Below, in pieces: positions 26,771-36,381 of a stretch of 52,126 nucleotides of DNA. This stretch comes from Nanobdellota archaeon (GTDB lineage Archaea > Nanobdellota > Nanobdellia > Woesearchaeales > B3-WOES). The position numbers were made by a program, and so were the translations under genes. Below the pieces are notes generated by a model that was not told the origin of the DNA, made no database searches, and saw only the letters and a list, made by a program, of their open reading frames with translations. Location: contig JAGLZG010000057.1 of NCBI GenBank assembly GCA_023131705.1, forward strand, positions 1 through 52,126. Direction: 5' to 3'. The stretch's first letter is position 1. Every line of letters starts with the position of its first letter.

Positions 26771-27784
26771 GTGAAAACAGCACTAATTACAGGTATTACA
26801 GGACAAGATGGGTCTTATTTAGCAGAATTTTTACTTAAAAAGGGATATAAAGTAGTTGGGATTCAGAGAAGGTCAAGCGTATTTAATACAGAACGAATAA
26901 ATCATATTTATGAAACTCCTCATTTTGATACTGTTTATGGTGACTTGACTGATGCAAGCAGTATAAACAAGATATTAAGAATGGTCAAGCCTGATGAAAT
27001 ATATAATCTTGGTGCACAAAGCCATGTAAGGGTTAGTTTTGATGTACCAGAATATACAGCAAATACAGTTGCTTTAGGAACCCTAAGAATACTAGAGGCA
27101 TTAAGAGAAAATCATTTTAAATCAAAATTTTATCAGGCCTCTAGTTCTGAAATGTTTGGAAAGGTGAAGGAAACTCCTCAAAAAGAAACAACTCCTTTTT
27201 ATCCAAGAAGCCCTTATGCATGCGCAAAGGTTTTTGCATATTGGACAACTATAAATTACAGGGAAGCACATGGTATGTTTGCATGCAATGGAATACTGTT
27301 CAATCATGAGTCTCCTAGAAGGGGAAACACATTTGTAACAAAGAAAATTGTAAGAGGATTAGTAGCTATTAAAAAAGGCATTAAAAAGAAATTATTTCTT
27401 GGAAATCTTGAAGCTAAAAGAGACTGGGGTTATGCAAAAGAGTATGTTGAAGCAATGTGGATGATGCTCCAACAAGAAAAACCAGATGATTATATAATTG
27501 CAACTGGCGAAACACATACTGTAAAGGAGTTTGTAGAAGAATGCGCAAGTTATTTAGGTATGCCTATAAAATGGGAAGGCAGTGGTTTAGATGAAAAAGG
27601 CATCAATACAAAAACAAGTGAAGTTATAATAGAGATTGCAGAAAGATATTTTAGACCAAGCGAGACTGACTTGCTTATTGGAGATGCAACAAAGGCAAAG
27701 AACAAATTAGGATGGGAGCCAAAAGTCAAATTCAAAGAACTGGTTAAGATAATGATTGATGATGAATTAAAAAATCCAACATGA
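26771..27784 (+). CDS. gmd: GDP-mannose 4,6-dehydratase
   Basis: [30 protein letters not shown] and the YxxxK motif [15 protein letters not shown] start preceded by AGGGGA. Confidence 0.9.
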   Translation: MKTALITGITGQDGSYLAEFLLKKGYKVVGIQRRSSVFNTERINHIYETPHFDTVYGDLTDASSINKILRMVKPDEIYNLGAQSHVRVSFDVPEYTANTVALGTLRILEALRENHFKSKFYQASSSEMFGKVKETPQKETTPFYPRSPYACAKVFAYWTTINYREAHGMFACNGILFNHESPRRGNTFVTKKIVRGLVAIKKGIKKKLFLGNLEAKRDWGYAKEYVEAMWMMLQQEKPDDYIIATGETHTVKEFVEECASYLGMPIKWEGSGLDEKGINTKTSEVIIEIAERYFRPSETDLLIGDATKAKNKLGWEPKVKFKELVKIMIDDELKNPT

Positions 27785-29220
27785 TAAATCAAAACATTCT
27801 TAAAAAATTAAAAATCCATTATGACTCTTTAGCAAAAAGAAGATATAAATGGATTAGAAGAAATAAGTTCTATCATAAGGAGATATTACGATATTATCGC
27901 TTTTTAATTCCAAAACATAGTTCTATCTTAGAATTAGGATGCGGAACAGGCAACCTTATTGGAAATCTTTTTCCTTCCTATGGCATTGGTGTTGATATTA
28001 GCGAAGAAATGTTAAAAATTGCTAAACAAAAATACCCTTATATAAATTTTATTTGTCAAGACATAGAAGAATTTTCATCAAACAAAAAATTTGATTACAT
28101 CATAATTTCAGGAACTCTTAATTCTGTGAGAGATATTCAGCGACTATTGCAAAGAATATCAAAAATGGCTACCCATGATACAAGAATAATAATAAATTGT
28201 TATAATCAATTATGGAATCCAATCATTAGATTATCACAAAAATCAGGATTAAAAATGCCTGAAATAATCTTCAATTGGTTATCTATCGACGATGTTGAAA
28301 ACTTTTTTAATATTTCAGGCTACCAAGTCATTAAAAAGGATTTTTTCTTGCTTTTCCCAAAATATATCCCTATAATAACAACAATATTCAATAAATTTAT
28401 CGGAAAATTGCCGCTTATAAGACATCTATCATTAGAACAATTTGTAATTGCCAGATTAAATAAGCCTCCAGAAAACACATCTAAATTAACAACTTCAGTA
28501 GTGATTACCTGCCGTGATGAAGAAGGAAATATTGAAGGTTTAGTAAAAAGAATCCCAGAAATGGGAAAACATACTGAAATTATTTTTGTTGAAGGCCATT
28601 CCAAAGACAATACAGTTGGAAAAATAAAGGAAATGATTAAAAAATATCCTAAAAAAGACATCAAACTCTTAAAACAAAAAGGCATAGGACAAGGCGATGC
28701 ATTCAGGATGGGTTTTGATCATGCTAAAGGAGATTTTGTATGTTGGCTTGAAGCAGATTTAACAACACCTCCTGAAGAGATATCTCTTTTTTGGGATGCA
28801 TATATCAAAGGAAAAGGTGATTACATAAATGGCAGTCGTTTTGTTTACAAAATGGAAAAAAATTCTATGCCTTTTTTTAATTACATAGGAAATCGGTTTT
28901 TTGGTAATCTATTTACCGCTATATTAGGACAAAGATTTACAGATACTCTTTGCGGTTTTAAGGCAATTTCTAAAAAAAATTATTTAAAAATAAGAAACAA
29001 TATTGATCATTTTGGAGATTTCGACCCTTTTGGAGATTTCGAATTAATCTTTGGTGCCATTAAAAATAATCTTCAAGTAATTGAAATACCTGTTCATTAT
29101 AGGCCGAGAGAATATGGGCATTCAAAAGCTTATGGCCAAACCATAAAAAGTTTTTTAAAGCATGTCTTTTTATTATTAAGAATGAGTTGGATCTCATTTA
29201 AAAAATTCAAACTAAACTAA
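27781..29220 (+). CDS. Fusion protein: N-terminal SAM methyltransferase plus C-terminal GT2 glycosyltransferase
   Basis: Methyltransferase motif [12 protein letters not shown] in the N-terminal half. The C-terminal half carries [26 protein letters not shown] and [14 protein letters not shown] overlap with gmd. Confidence 0.75.
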   Translation: MINQNILKKLKIHYDSLAKRRYKWIRRNKFYHKEILRYYRFLIPKHSSILELGCGTGNLIGNLFPSYGIGVDISEEMLKIAKQKYPYINFICQDIEEFSSNKKFDYIIISGTLNSVRDIQRLLQRISKMATHDTRIIINCYNQLWNPIIRLSQKSGLKMPEIIFNWLSIDDVENFFNISGYQVIKKDFFLLFPKYIPIITTIFNKFIGKLPLIRHLSLEQFVIARLNKPPENTSKLTTSVVITCRDEEGNIEGLVKRIPEMGKHTEIIFVEGHSKDNTVGKIKEMIKKYPKKDIKLLKQKGIGQGDAFRMGFDHAKGDFVCWLEADLTTPPEEISLFWDAYIKGKGDYINGSRFVYKMEKNSMPFFNYIGNRFFGNLFTAILGQRFTDTLCGFKAISKKNYLKIRNNIDHFGDFDPFGDFELIFGAIKNNLQVIEIPVHYRPREYGHSKAYGQTIKSFLKHVFLLLRMSWISFKKFKLN

Positions 29221-29232
29221 AACGTAAGCAAT

Positions 29233-30339
29233 ATGAATTACAAAGTCCCTCAATTGGAACCATATCTAAATAAAGACGAATTAAATAATCTTAAAAAGGT
29301 TATAGAAACTGGATGGTTAACTGAAGGTCCTTTTTCAAAAGAGTTTTTAGAAAAAATTCAGGAATTCACAAAAGCAAAGTATGCTGTTTTAGCTCCTAAC
29401 GGAACTTTAGCTTTATATTTGTCCTTGTTAGCCAACAACATTAAAACAGGGGACGAAGTTATAGTTCCGGATTTTACATTCAACGCTTCAGCAGCATCTG
29501 TTATGTTTACAGGAGCGAAACCTGTTTTTGTTGATATTTCTAATTCGGATTTAAACATTGATTCCACAAAAATTGAAAAAGCTTTAACACCCAAAACCAA
29601 GGCAATAATGCCTGTGCATGTTTATGGTCAGTCCTGTGATATGGACCCAATAATTGAAATTGCAGATAAACATAATCTTAAAATTATTGAGGATGCAGCT
29701 CAGGGTTTTGGTGTTTTCTATAAGGGGGTTCATACAGGAACTTTAGGTGATACAGGGATAATATCTTTTTTTGCAGATAAAACCATCACTACTGGCGAAG
29801 GTGCAGTGATTTTAACAAATACTAAAGCTATATATGAAAAACTTAAGTTATTAAGAAACCAAGGAAGACCAAACAGCGGCACTTTCATTCATCAAAAATT
29901 AGGTATGAATTTCAGGATGACTGATTTACAATGTGCTGTGGGGGTAGCACAATTAAATAAATTTAAAGAGATTGAAAAAATAAAATTAAGAAATTATAAT
30001 TTATATAAATCTTTTCTAAAAGATATTCATCAGATAAAATTTGTAGAAGAGAACAACTATTCTAATTTTGTCCCATTTAGAGCAAACATTAGGGTAGAAA
30101 GATTAACTCAACTTATACCTTATCTTGAGAATAAAGGCATACAAACAAGAAGATTTTTTTATCCATTACATCTGCAACCTTGTTATTCATCTTTAAATTC
30201 TAACGCAAATAATTTTCCAAATACAAACAAAGCTTATGATGAAGGATTATCTTTGCCAGTTTTTTGCAATCTAAAAGAAGAACAAATAAAGTATGTTTGT
30301 GATAATATAATCAAATTTTATAAGAAAGAAAACCAGTAA
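29233..30339 (+). CDS. DegT-family sugar aminotransferase (perosamine-synthase-like by context)
   Basis: PLP-Lys motif ISFFADKTITTGEGA. It lies 1.4 kb downstream of gmd in the same operon. Confidence 0.75.
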   Translation: MNYKVPQLEPYLNKDELNNLKKVIETGWLTEGPFSKEFLEKIQEFTKAKYAVLAPNGTLALYLSLLANNIKTGDEVIVPDFTFNASAASVMFTGAKPVFVDISNSDLNIDSTKIEKALTPKTKAIMPVHVYGQSCDMDPIIEIADKHNLKIIEDAAQGFGVFYKGVHTGTLGDTGIISFFADKTITTGEGAVILTNTKAIYEKLKLLRNQGRPNSGTFIHQKLGMNFRMTDLQCAVGVAQLNKFKEIEKIKLRNYNLYKSFLKDIHQIKFVEENNYSNFVPFRANIRVERLTQLIPYLENKGIQTRRFFYPLHLQPCYSSLNSNANNFPNTNKAYDEGLSLPVFCNLKEEQIKYVCDNIIKFYKKENQ

Positions 30340-30341
30340 AA

Positions 30342-30878
30342 ATGTTTACGCAAAAGATTAGAGGATATGTGGTCCTGTTAGCTTTTAAGAATTGCTTAAA
30401 TGAAGATCTAAAAGTATTAGATATTGGGTGTGGGAATGGGATAATAACAAAGATGATCAGAGATAAATTTAAATGTGATATTACTGGAACAGATATCTTA
30501 AATTATGCAGAAGATATAAAATATAGACAGATGAACAACCCATATATTCTGCCTTTTGGGAGCAATTCTTTTGATTTTGCCCTTATGATTGACGCATTAC
30601 ACCATATAGAAGATCAAAAAAAAGCAATAAAAGAAGCTTTAAGAGTTGCAAACAAATTGCTAATTTATGATATAGAACCCGGGTTTTGGGCTTGGTTTTT
30701 AGATGTTTTTTTGAATTATATTACTAATAAAAAAATGGAAAAAACATTTACTCAAAAAACAATTAAAGAATGGAAGCATTTTTTTGATGAATTAAATTTA
30801 AGATATAGAAAGATAAATTTTAAAAAACCATTTTGGTATCCCCTCCAACAATTTGCTTTTATAATTGAGAAAAATTAA
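30342..30878 (+). CDS. Class I SAM-dependent methyltransferase
   Basis: Motif I VLDIGCGNGIIT, with DALHHI downstream. Confidence 0.7.
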   Translation: MFTQKIRGYVVLLAFKNCLNEDLKVLDIGCGNGIITKMIRDKFKCDITGTDILNYAEDIKYRQMNNPYILPFGSNSFDFALMIDALHHIEDQKKAIKEALRVANKLLIYDIEPGFWAWFLDVFLNYITNKKMEKTFTQKTIKEWKHFFDELNLRYRKINFKKPFWYPLQQFAFIIEKN

Positions 30879-30976
30879 TATGGAAAGTTATACATCTTTA
30901 GATAACTTGTCAAAGCTGTACGTCTGATTTGTTCGACCTTATAAGATTGGTTTTTAATTAATATAGACAAAATAAA

Positions 30977-32599
30977 ATGGAAATAAATTTTTTTGGAATT
31001 AAATTATGCAATGGATGTAATAATAATATTCAATGTAAAACAACAAAAGAATGCCCTGTTTCTATAAAGAAGATTTATAAAAAGTTTGGATTCAATTTAA
31101 TAGAAAAATTTAAGAAACTTGATAAATATACTCAAACAGCAATAATAATTATAATTTTAGGTATAATAATAAGATTTGCAATAACCCTTTTTGTTTATCC
31201 TTCGGGCGATTCATGTAAGCATTTGGCCGTTGCTAGATTTATTGCCGAATTTGGTAGAATACCTCTTTACGAATTTTTAGGAGAGATTCCTGTTTTGAGC
31301 AGGCCCATATTATTTCATTTAATCGCTGCACTTTTTTATAAGATGTTTTTAGTATTTGGTGAACATGTGGCTTTGAAGTCAATGAATTTTGTTAACCCCA
31401 TATTTGGCTCTTTAACTTTGATTGTTTTTTATTTATTTGTCAAAGATTTAATAAATAAAAAAATAGCCCTTTATTCACTTATTTTTTTAACATTCATTCC
31501 CATACATATGTATTATAGTACCATTTCACATGTTGATGCAACAATAATATTCTTTGTTATTACTACTTTATATTTATTACATAAAAAAAAGTTTTATCTT
31601 TCAGCTATATTTTGTGGATTGGGACTTTTTACGAAGTATAGTATGCTATTTTTATTCCCTTTGATTATTTTCTTGATTTTTAGAGAAAACAAAAATATTC
31701 AAAATTTTATTAAGAAACTAATTTCATATTTTGCTATAACATTTATTATAGGCTTGCCATGGTATATAAGAAATGCTTATTACTTTGGAAATCCATTTTA
31801 TCCTTTATTAAACCCATTTTTTGCATCATTAGGATTTCACCCATTCCAACTTGCTGAAAGAATGTTGATACATACTGGAGGATTATATAATATGGGGTTA
31901 GCACGTTTGCCCCATCATCTATTAACAGCTTATCTTGATTTGTTTGGTGTTCCTTTAGGTTTGACAGAGAATCTTTCTTATTTTCCATTTAGACCTTATT
32001 CCCTGATTGCATGGGGTATAATAACTCTAATTTTCTTTTTGCCCTTGATTATTGGCATATTTTTGAGAAAACCATGGAAAGTTAAATGGATTTTGTGGAT
32101 ATGGATACTATCTTATATTATTATGATGATTATTTTTCTTCTCGATTGGCCTGATTTCTTTTTGAGATTGTTTTTACCTGCTTTGCCCGCTTTAGCAATA
32201 ATTTGGGGTTATGGTTTTAATAAAATATTTAGTTTCAGTAAAAATCTAAAATTAAAAAAAATTATTTGGTTTTCATTAATCATTTGCATAATTATTTTTG
32301 TTGTTGCGGAGTTCGTTAAGGTAGAAGTGGCAGCAGGAACCCATAAAAAATATGTAGATGACTTTAAATGGCTTAAAGAAAATATTCCGGAAGACGCTTT
32401 GATGGTTCCATCTTCTGGAGGATTAACTTATTATTCTGATAGAGCAAATAAACCAATTTTGGATTTGATTCCTTATAATCAAAGCAAGGTTTATTATTGG
32501 GTTAATAAGAAATTTAAAGGAACCTTACCTGAAAATACTGAGCTCATTTATGAAAGTAGTAAAACAGAAGTAAAAATATATAAATACACCGATAGTTAA
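30977..32599 (+). CDS. Polytopic membrane glycosyltransferase, ArnT/PMT_2 (GT-C)-like, with N-terminal Cys-rich extension
   Basis: 540 aa; first loop YPSGDSCKHLAVARFIAEFGRIP; about 12 helices; soluble C-terminal domain. The N-terminus carries CNGCNNNIQCKTTKEC. Confidence 0.55.
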   Translation: MEINFFGIKLCNGCNNNIQCKTTKECPVSIKKIYKKFGFNLIEKFKKLDKYTQTAIIIIILGIIIRFAITLFVYPSGDSCKHLAVARFIAEFGRIPLYEFLGEIPVLSRPILFHLIAALFYKMFLVFGEHVALKSMNFVNPIFGSLTLIVFYLFVKDLINKKIALYSLIFLTFIPIHMYYSTISHVDATIIFFVITTLYLLHKKKFYLSAIFCGLGLFTKYSMLFLFPLIIFLIFRENKNIQNFIKKLISYFAITFIIGLPWYIRNAYYFGNPFYPLLNPFFASLGFHPFQLAERMLIHTGGLYNMGLARLPHHLLTAYLDLFGVPLGLTENLSYFPFRPYSLIAWGIITLIFFLPLIIGIFLRKPWKVKWILWIWILSYIIMMIIFLLDWPDFFLRLFLPALPALAIIWGYGFNKIFSFSKNLKLKKIIWFSLIICIIIFVVAEFVKVEVAAGTHKKYVDDFKWLKENIPEDALMVPSSGGLTYYSDRANKPILDLIPYNQSKVYYWVNKKFKGTLPENTELIYESSKTEVKIYKYTDS

Positions 32600-32679
32600 A
32601 TTTTTATTAAAAAACGAAAAAAATAATAAAGACCATACTAAAAAGTTTTATATACTTATAGCCACAACAATATATAAAA

Positions 32680-33615
32680 ATGAAAATATCAGTTACTGGC
32701 GGAAAAGGATTTTTAGGGAAGAATGTAGTGAATTTACTAAAACAAAAAGGTTATGAAGTTTTTTCAATGGATAAAACAGATAGCATAGATATTTTAGATT
32801 ATGATTTTTTTAAAGTTCAGCTAGAAAAAATAAAACCAGATATAGTGGTTCATTGTGCAGCCCATGTAGGGGGAATTGCTTACAATAGACTTCATCCTGT
32901 TGAGGTCTTTGAAGATAATGTTAAAATAGGTCTTAATATAGTTAGAGCTTGTAATGAGGTTGGGATCAATAATTTTATTAATATAATGCCTAACTGCACA
33001 TATCCTGGTAATATGGAAGAATATGAAGAAAGCAAATGGTGGGATGGACCAATGCATGATTCTGTTTTAACTTATGGTCTTCCAAGAAAGATGGTATGGG
33101 GGGCTTGTTTTGCATATTGCAAGAAAAATAAAGACTTCAAACCAATTCACCTCATATTTCCTAATATGTATGGTCCAAATGACCATTTTGAAATTATAAG
33201 GTCTCATGCATTAGGCGCATTAATATCAAAAATAATTGATGCAAAAGAAAAAAATAAAAAAATAGTTGAGATATGGGGTACAGGCAATCCTGTAAGAGAG
33301 TGGCTTTTTGTTAAAGATGGTGCTGAATCAATCTTAAAGGCAATTGAAAACATTGATAAATTTGATCCAAACGAGATAATGAACATAGGTGTAAGAAAAG
33401 GAATTTCAATAAAAGACATGGCCGAGATTATTAAAGAAATTGTTGGATGGAAAGGTAAGTTTGTTTATCAAACAGAAAAACCCGATGGAGCAATGAAAAA
33501 AATTCTTGTTACTGAGAAGATGAAGCAGAAATTGAATTGGGAGCCTTCTACTGAGTTAAAAGAAGGCATTAAACTTACAGTTGACTGGTATTATAAGAAT
33601 ATAATAAAGAAATGA
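32680..33615 (+). CDS. GDP-L-fucose synthase-like NAD(P)-dependent epimerase/reductase
   Basis: ISVTGGKGFLG Rossmann motif plus Fcl-like blocks NMYGPNDHF and IWGTGNPVREWLFVKD. The usual YxxxK reads YGLPRK, so the exact specificity is uncertain. Confidence 0.65.
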   Translation: MKISVTGGKGFLGKNVVNLLKQKGYEVFSMDKTDSIDILDYDFFKVQLEKIKPDIVVHCAAHVGGIAYNRLHPVEVFEDNVKIGLNIVRACNEVGINNFINIMPNCTYPGNMEEYEESKWWDGPMHDSVLTYGLPRKMVWGACFAYCKKNKDFKPIHLIFPNMYGPNDHFEIIRSHALGALISKIIDAKEKNKKIVEIWGTGNPVREWLFVKDGAESILKAIENIDKFDPNEIMNIGVRKGISIKDMAEIIKEIVGWKGKFVYQTEKPDGAMKKILVTEKMKQKLNWEPSTELKEGIKLTVDWYYKNIIKK

Positions 33616-33616
33616 T

Positions 33617-33762
33617 TATGTCGGAGTCGAGCTTAAAACTATTGGACTTTAGTCCGTAGATAAAGGCTCGACTCTGAGCATCCTAAAAATCAGTCTATAA
33701 ATGCAAGCGTCCATTCAAACTCCTGCCTAAAGGCAGGAGTAGGATGCTTGCGACCGATTTTT
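33617..33762 (+). repeat. G+C-rich double long-hairpin element between the fcl-like gene and wzx (structured RNA, terminator or MITE-like repeat)
   Basis: Hairpin A pairs CGGAGTCGAGC (33622-33632) with GCTCGACTCTG (33666-33676) and has a nested GGACT/AGTCC. Hairpin B pairs AAAAATCAGTC (33685-33695) with GACCGATTTTT (33752-33762), TGCAAGCGTCC (33702-33712) with GGATGCTTGCG (33742-33752), and ACTCCTGCC-taaa-GGCAGGAGT (33719-33740). An alternative pairing is AGCATCCT (33677-33684) / AGGATGCT (33741-33748). Confidence 0.5.
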
Positions 33763-33841
33763 ATGATATTAAAATTTATTAGTTATGAGACACAGCAACA
33801 AATTCATAAACCTTTTAAAACCCACTCAATCTGTTCTTTAA

Positions 33842-35335
33842 ATGACAAATTATCTATCTAGGGGGCTAAAAGGATTGTTTTTTATATTTACTTTTACATT
33901 TCTTGCCTATCTTACAGGTTATGTAACAAGGACATTATTAGCTAGAAATTTAGAAACTTCTCAATTTGGTCTGTTTTATGCTGTTTATACTCTTATTATG
34001 TTTGCTACCATATTTGCTTATTTTGGTTTTGGTGCACCTTTGGTAAAATATATTGTAGAGTTTAAAGCAAAAAAGAAGTATGAAAAACTAACATTTTCTA
34101 TTTTTTTCCCAACTTTAATTATGGCTTCACTTGCTATAATCATCTCTATTTTTTTATTTCTGAGTTCAAATTTTTTAGCAATAAATTTTTTTAAGACCCT
34201 GGAAGCTTTGTTTATAATAAGATTGTTTTCTATAGTTATGATATTAACTGTAATATTTCATACTCTAAATTTAATATTTAAGGGATTTCAAGACTTCTTT
34301 TTTGTTGGTCTTTCTACTTTCTTTGGAAAATTTTCTTTTACAATTTTTGTTATATTATTTCTTTTACTTGGCTTTGAAAAAAACGTGTATTTACCAACTT
34401 ATGCCATATTATTTGGGTTTGTGTTAACCATATTGTTGTTCTTGCCAAGGCTGCTTAAATATAAGGGTTATTTCAGAAAAATAAAATTTTCTTCTGATTT
34501 GGCAAAAAAAATCAAAAATTTTGCATTTGCATCTTTTTTAGCTTCAATTGGTTTATTAATAATTGGTTATGTTGATACTCTTATGTTAACATATTTTAGG
34601 TCTTTGGAAGAAGTTGGAATCTATAATGTTGTCTTACCGACTGTTATGGTATTGAGTATGTTTACTCAATCAGTCCGTAGTGTTTTGGCTCCTATGGTAA
34701 GTGAATTGTGGGCTAAAAATCTTAAAGAAAGATTAAGCAATGGAATAAAAATATTAAGAGATTATTCTTTAGTATTAATAGTTCCTATGATTCTTGTTCT
34801 GTTTGTTTTTCCGAAACCCATAATCACATTATTATTTGGTGCAAAGTATGTTAGCGGTTATTTAGCTATGCAGATCCTTTCTATAGGGATTGTATTTTTT
34901 ACAATTGGATTTATGGACATAATAATCATAAGATTTATTGGAAAACCAAAGGAAACAACAAAGATTATATTCATTGCAGTCATATTTAATGTAATTGCTA
35001 ATTTAATCCTTATACCTCTTTTTGGAATAAATGGAGCTGCTATAACAACAACACTAAGTTATTTTATTGTAATGATATTATCTTCTGTAAAATTAAATCA
35101 TTTTGTTAAGGTAAAATCAAGTTTATCATTTTGGTTTAAGGTTATATTTGCAGCTGTATTTTTTGTAATTACAGTAGCAATCGTTAAGGCATTATTGAAT
35201 ATAAACCAATTTGTTGAGGCTGCGATTTGTTTGATTTTAGCAACTGCTGTTTACCTTGGAATCTGTTATATGTTAAACCTTATTAAAATAAAAGAGGTTA
35301 AATTATTTTTGAGGAGTTTTTTATTGAGAAAATGA
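33842..35335 (+). CDS. MOP-superfamily polysaccharide flippase (Wzx-like)
   Basis: 497 aa with 12-14 hydrophobic helices, the Polysacc_synt-type architecture. Confidence 0.75.
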   Translation: MTNYLSRGLKGLFFIFTFTFLAYLTGYVTRTLLARNLETSQFGLFYAVYTLIMFATIFAYFGFGAPLVKYIVEFKAKKKYEKLTFSIFFPTLIMASLAIIISIFLFLSSNFLAINFFKTLEALFIIRLFSIVMILTVIFHTLNLIFKGFQDFFFVGLSTFFGKFSFTIFVILFLLLGFEKNVYLPTYAILFGFVLTILLFLPRLLKYKGYFRKIKFSSDLAKKIKNFAFASFLASIGLLIIGYVDTLMLTYFRSLEEVGIYNVVLPTVMVLSMFTQSVRSVLAPMVSELWAKNLKERLSNGIKILRDYSLVLIVPMILVLFVFPKPIITLLFGAKYVSGYLAMQILSIGIVFFTIGFMDIIIIRFIGKPKETTKIIFIAVIFNVIANLILIPLFGINGAAITTTLSYFIVMILSSVKLNHFVKVKSSLSFWFKVIFAAVFFVITVAIVKALLNINQFVEAAICLILATAVYLGICYMLNLIKIKEVKLFLRSFLLRK

Positions 35336-36381
35336 AAAAACCATTATTAGAAATCAAAAAAATATGGGACATTTATAATAATCCAAAAGATTATTACAGA
35401 TTTAATTATATTGGTCAAGAAATTAATATATTCTTTGGTAAAAATATTTTGCATAAACATTTAAAAGAAATATCTTGTTCTAAACCATTAAAAATCCTTT
35501 TTGAAGACATAGACTCAATAAAAACCTTAAAAAATGAACTTGAAAAAGATTTTCCAACAAAAGAAGATTCAAATTTAATTATCTCTTTAGGGGGAGCGGT
35601 AGCAATTAATAAAGGAAAAATATTGCGTAATGAAAATAAAAATAGCAGGCTTATAATTGTTCCAACCACATGCGCAAACGATGGATTTTTTACAAACAGA
35701 TATAAAAAAGATAAAAACTCAGCTTCTACAGCTTTAAGTGGGCTTATGCCTGACTTTCTAATTGTTGATACAGAAATGATAAAAAAATTAGTTACAGAAG
35801 ATATGATATATGCAGGATGGGGTGAGTTTTTGTCTTTAATTGCATCATATAATGATTGGAAGGAAAATAATAAAGGCCTAATTGAAAAAGATGAATTAGA
35901 GCTACTTGATAAACTTGTTGATAAGATGTTTAAAGATGCAAGAGATTTTTTTGAAAAAGAAGATGATATTAATAAAAGCGTTGATATTTTGATGCATTTG
36001 CTTTTTATGAAATGCTTATTTATGATGATTTATGATGACAATTCAATAGGGGCTTCAAGTGATCATATGTTTGCTTATAGTATAGAAGGGTTAGGTTATT
36101 GTGATAAGTTAAGACATGGGCAAAAAGTTTTGTTTGGAGCTATTGTATCTTCAGGATGCTATTCTATTATTAATGGAAATGGTTTTGTAGATATGATTCC
36201 TAAAAAAATAGTGGATTATGTTGTAAAAGAGGAATGTTTTAAAAAGATTTTAAATCCACAAGATTTAAAAGTGATTTTAGACAAAGCATTAGTATCAAGA
36301 AACAGGAAAACCATACTTAATAAGATACATAGTGATCACACATTTTACAATAGTTTAGTTAAAGAGATAAAAAATGTTTAG
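35332..36381 (+). CDS. Glycerol-1-phosphate dehydrogenase / AraM-like enzyme (DHQS-like, iron-ADH superfamily fold)
   Basis: SLGGAVAINKGK loop, VPTTCANDGF (cf. G1PDH VPTxxSxDG), AGWGEF (cf. GxGD), and putative metal ligands in SSDHMF and RHGQKV. ATGA overlap with wzx. Confidence 0.55.
   Translation: MKKPLLEIKKIWDIYNNPKDYYRFNYIGQEINIFFGKNILHKHLKEISCSKPLKILFEDIDSIKTLKNELEKDFPTKEDSNLIISLGGAVAINKGKILRNENKNSRLIIVPTTCANDGFFTNRYKKDKNSASTALSGLMPDFLIVDTEMIKKLVTEDMIYAGWGEFLSLIASYNDWKENNKGLIEKDELELLDKLVDKMFKDARDFFEKEDDINKSVDILMHLLFMKCLFMMIYDDNSIGASSDHMFAYSIEGLGYCDKLRHGQKVLFGAIVSSGCYSIINGNGFVDMIPKKIVDYVVKEECFKKILNPQDLKVILDKALVSRNRKTILNKIHSDHTFYNSLVKEIKNV

Noticed and set aside
33617-33762. tRNA, SRP RNA, tmRNA or other known small RNA gene
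   Set aside because: The stems do not fit a cloverleaf (the first hairpin spans only 55 nt). I saw no conserved SRP/GNRA motif, no T-loop and no CCA end. I keep it as an unclassified structured repeat.
35332-36381. Housekeeping archaeal lipid-backbone G1P dehydrogenase (EgsA), as evidence for an archaeal host
   Set aside because: The nucleotide-binding loop is atypical (GGAVAINKGK). The gene is embedded in and translationally coupled to the flippase/RLP operon. Bacterial AraM-type homologs also exist, so the taxonomic inference is not justified.
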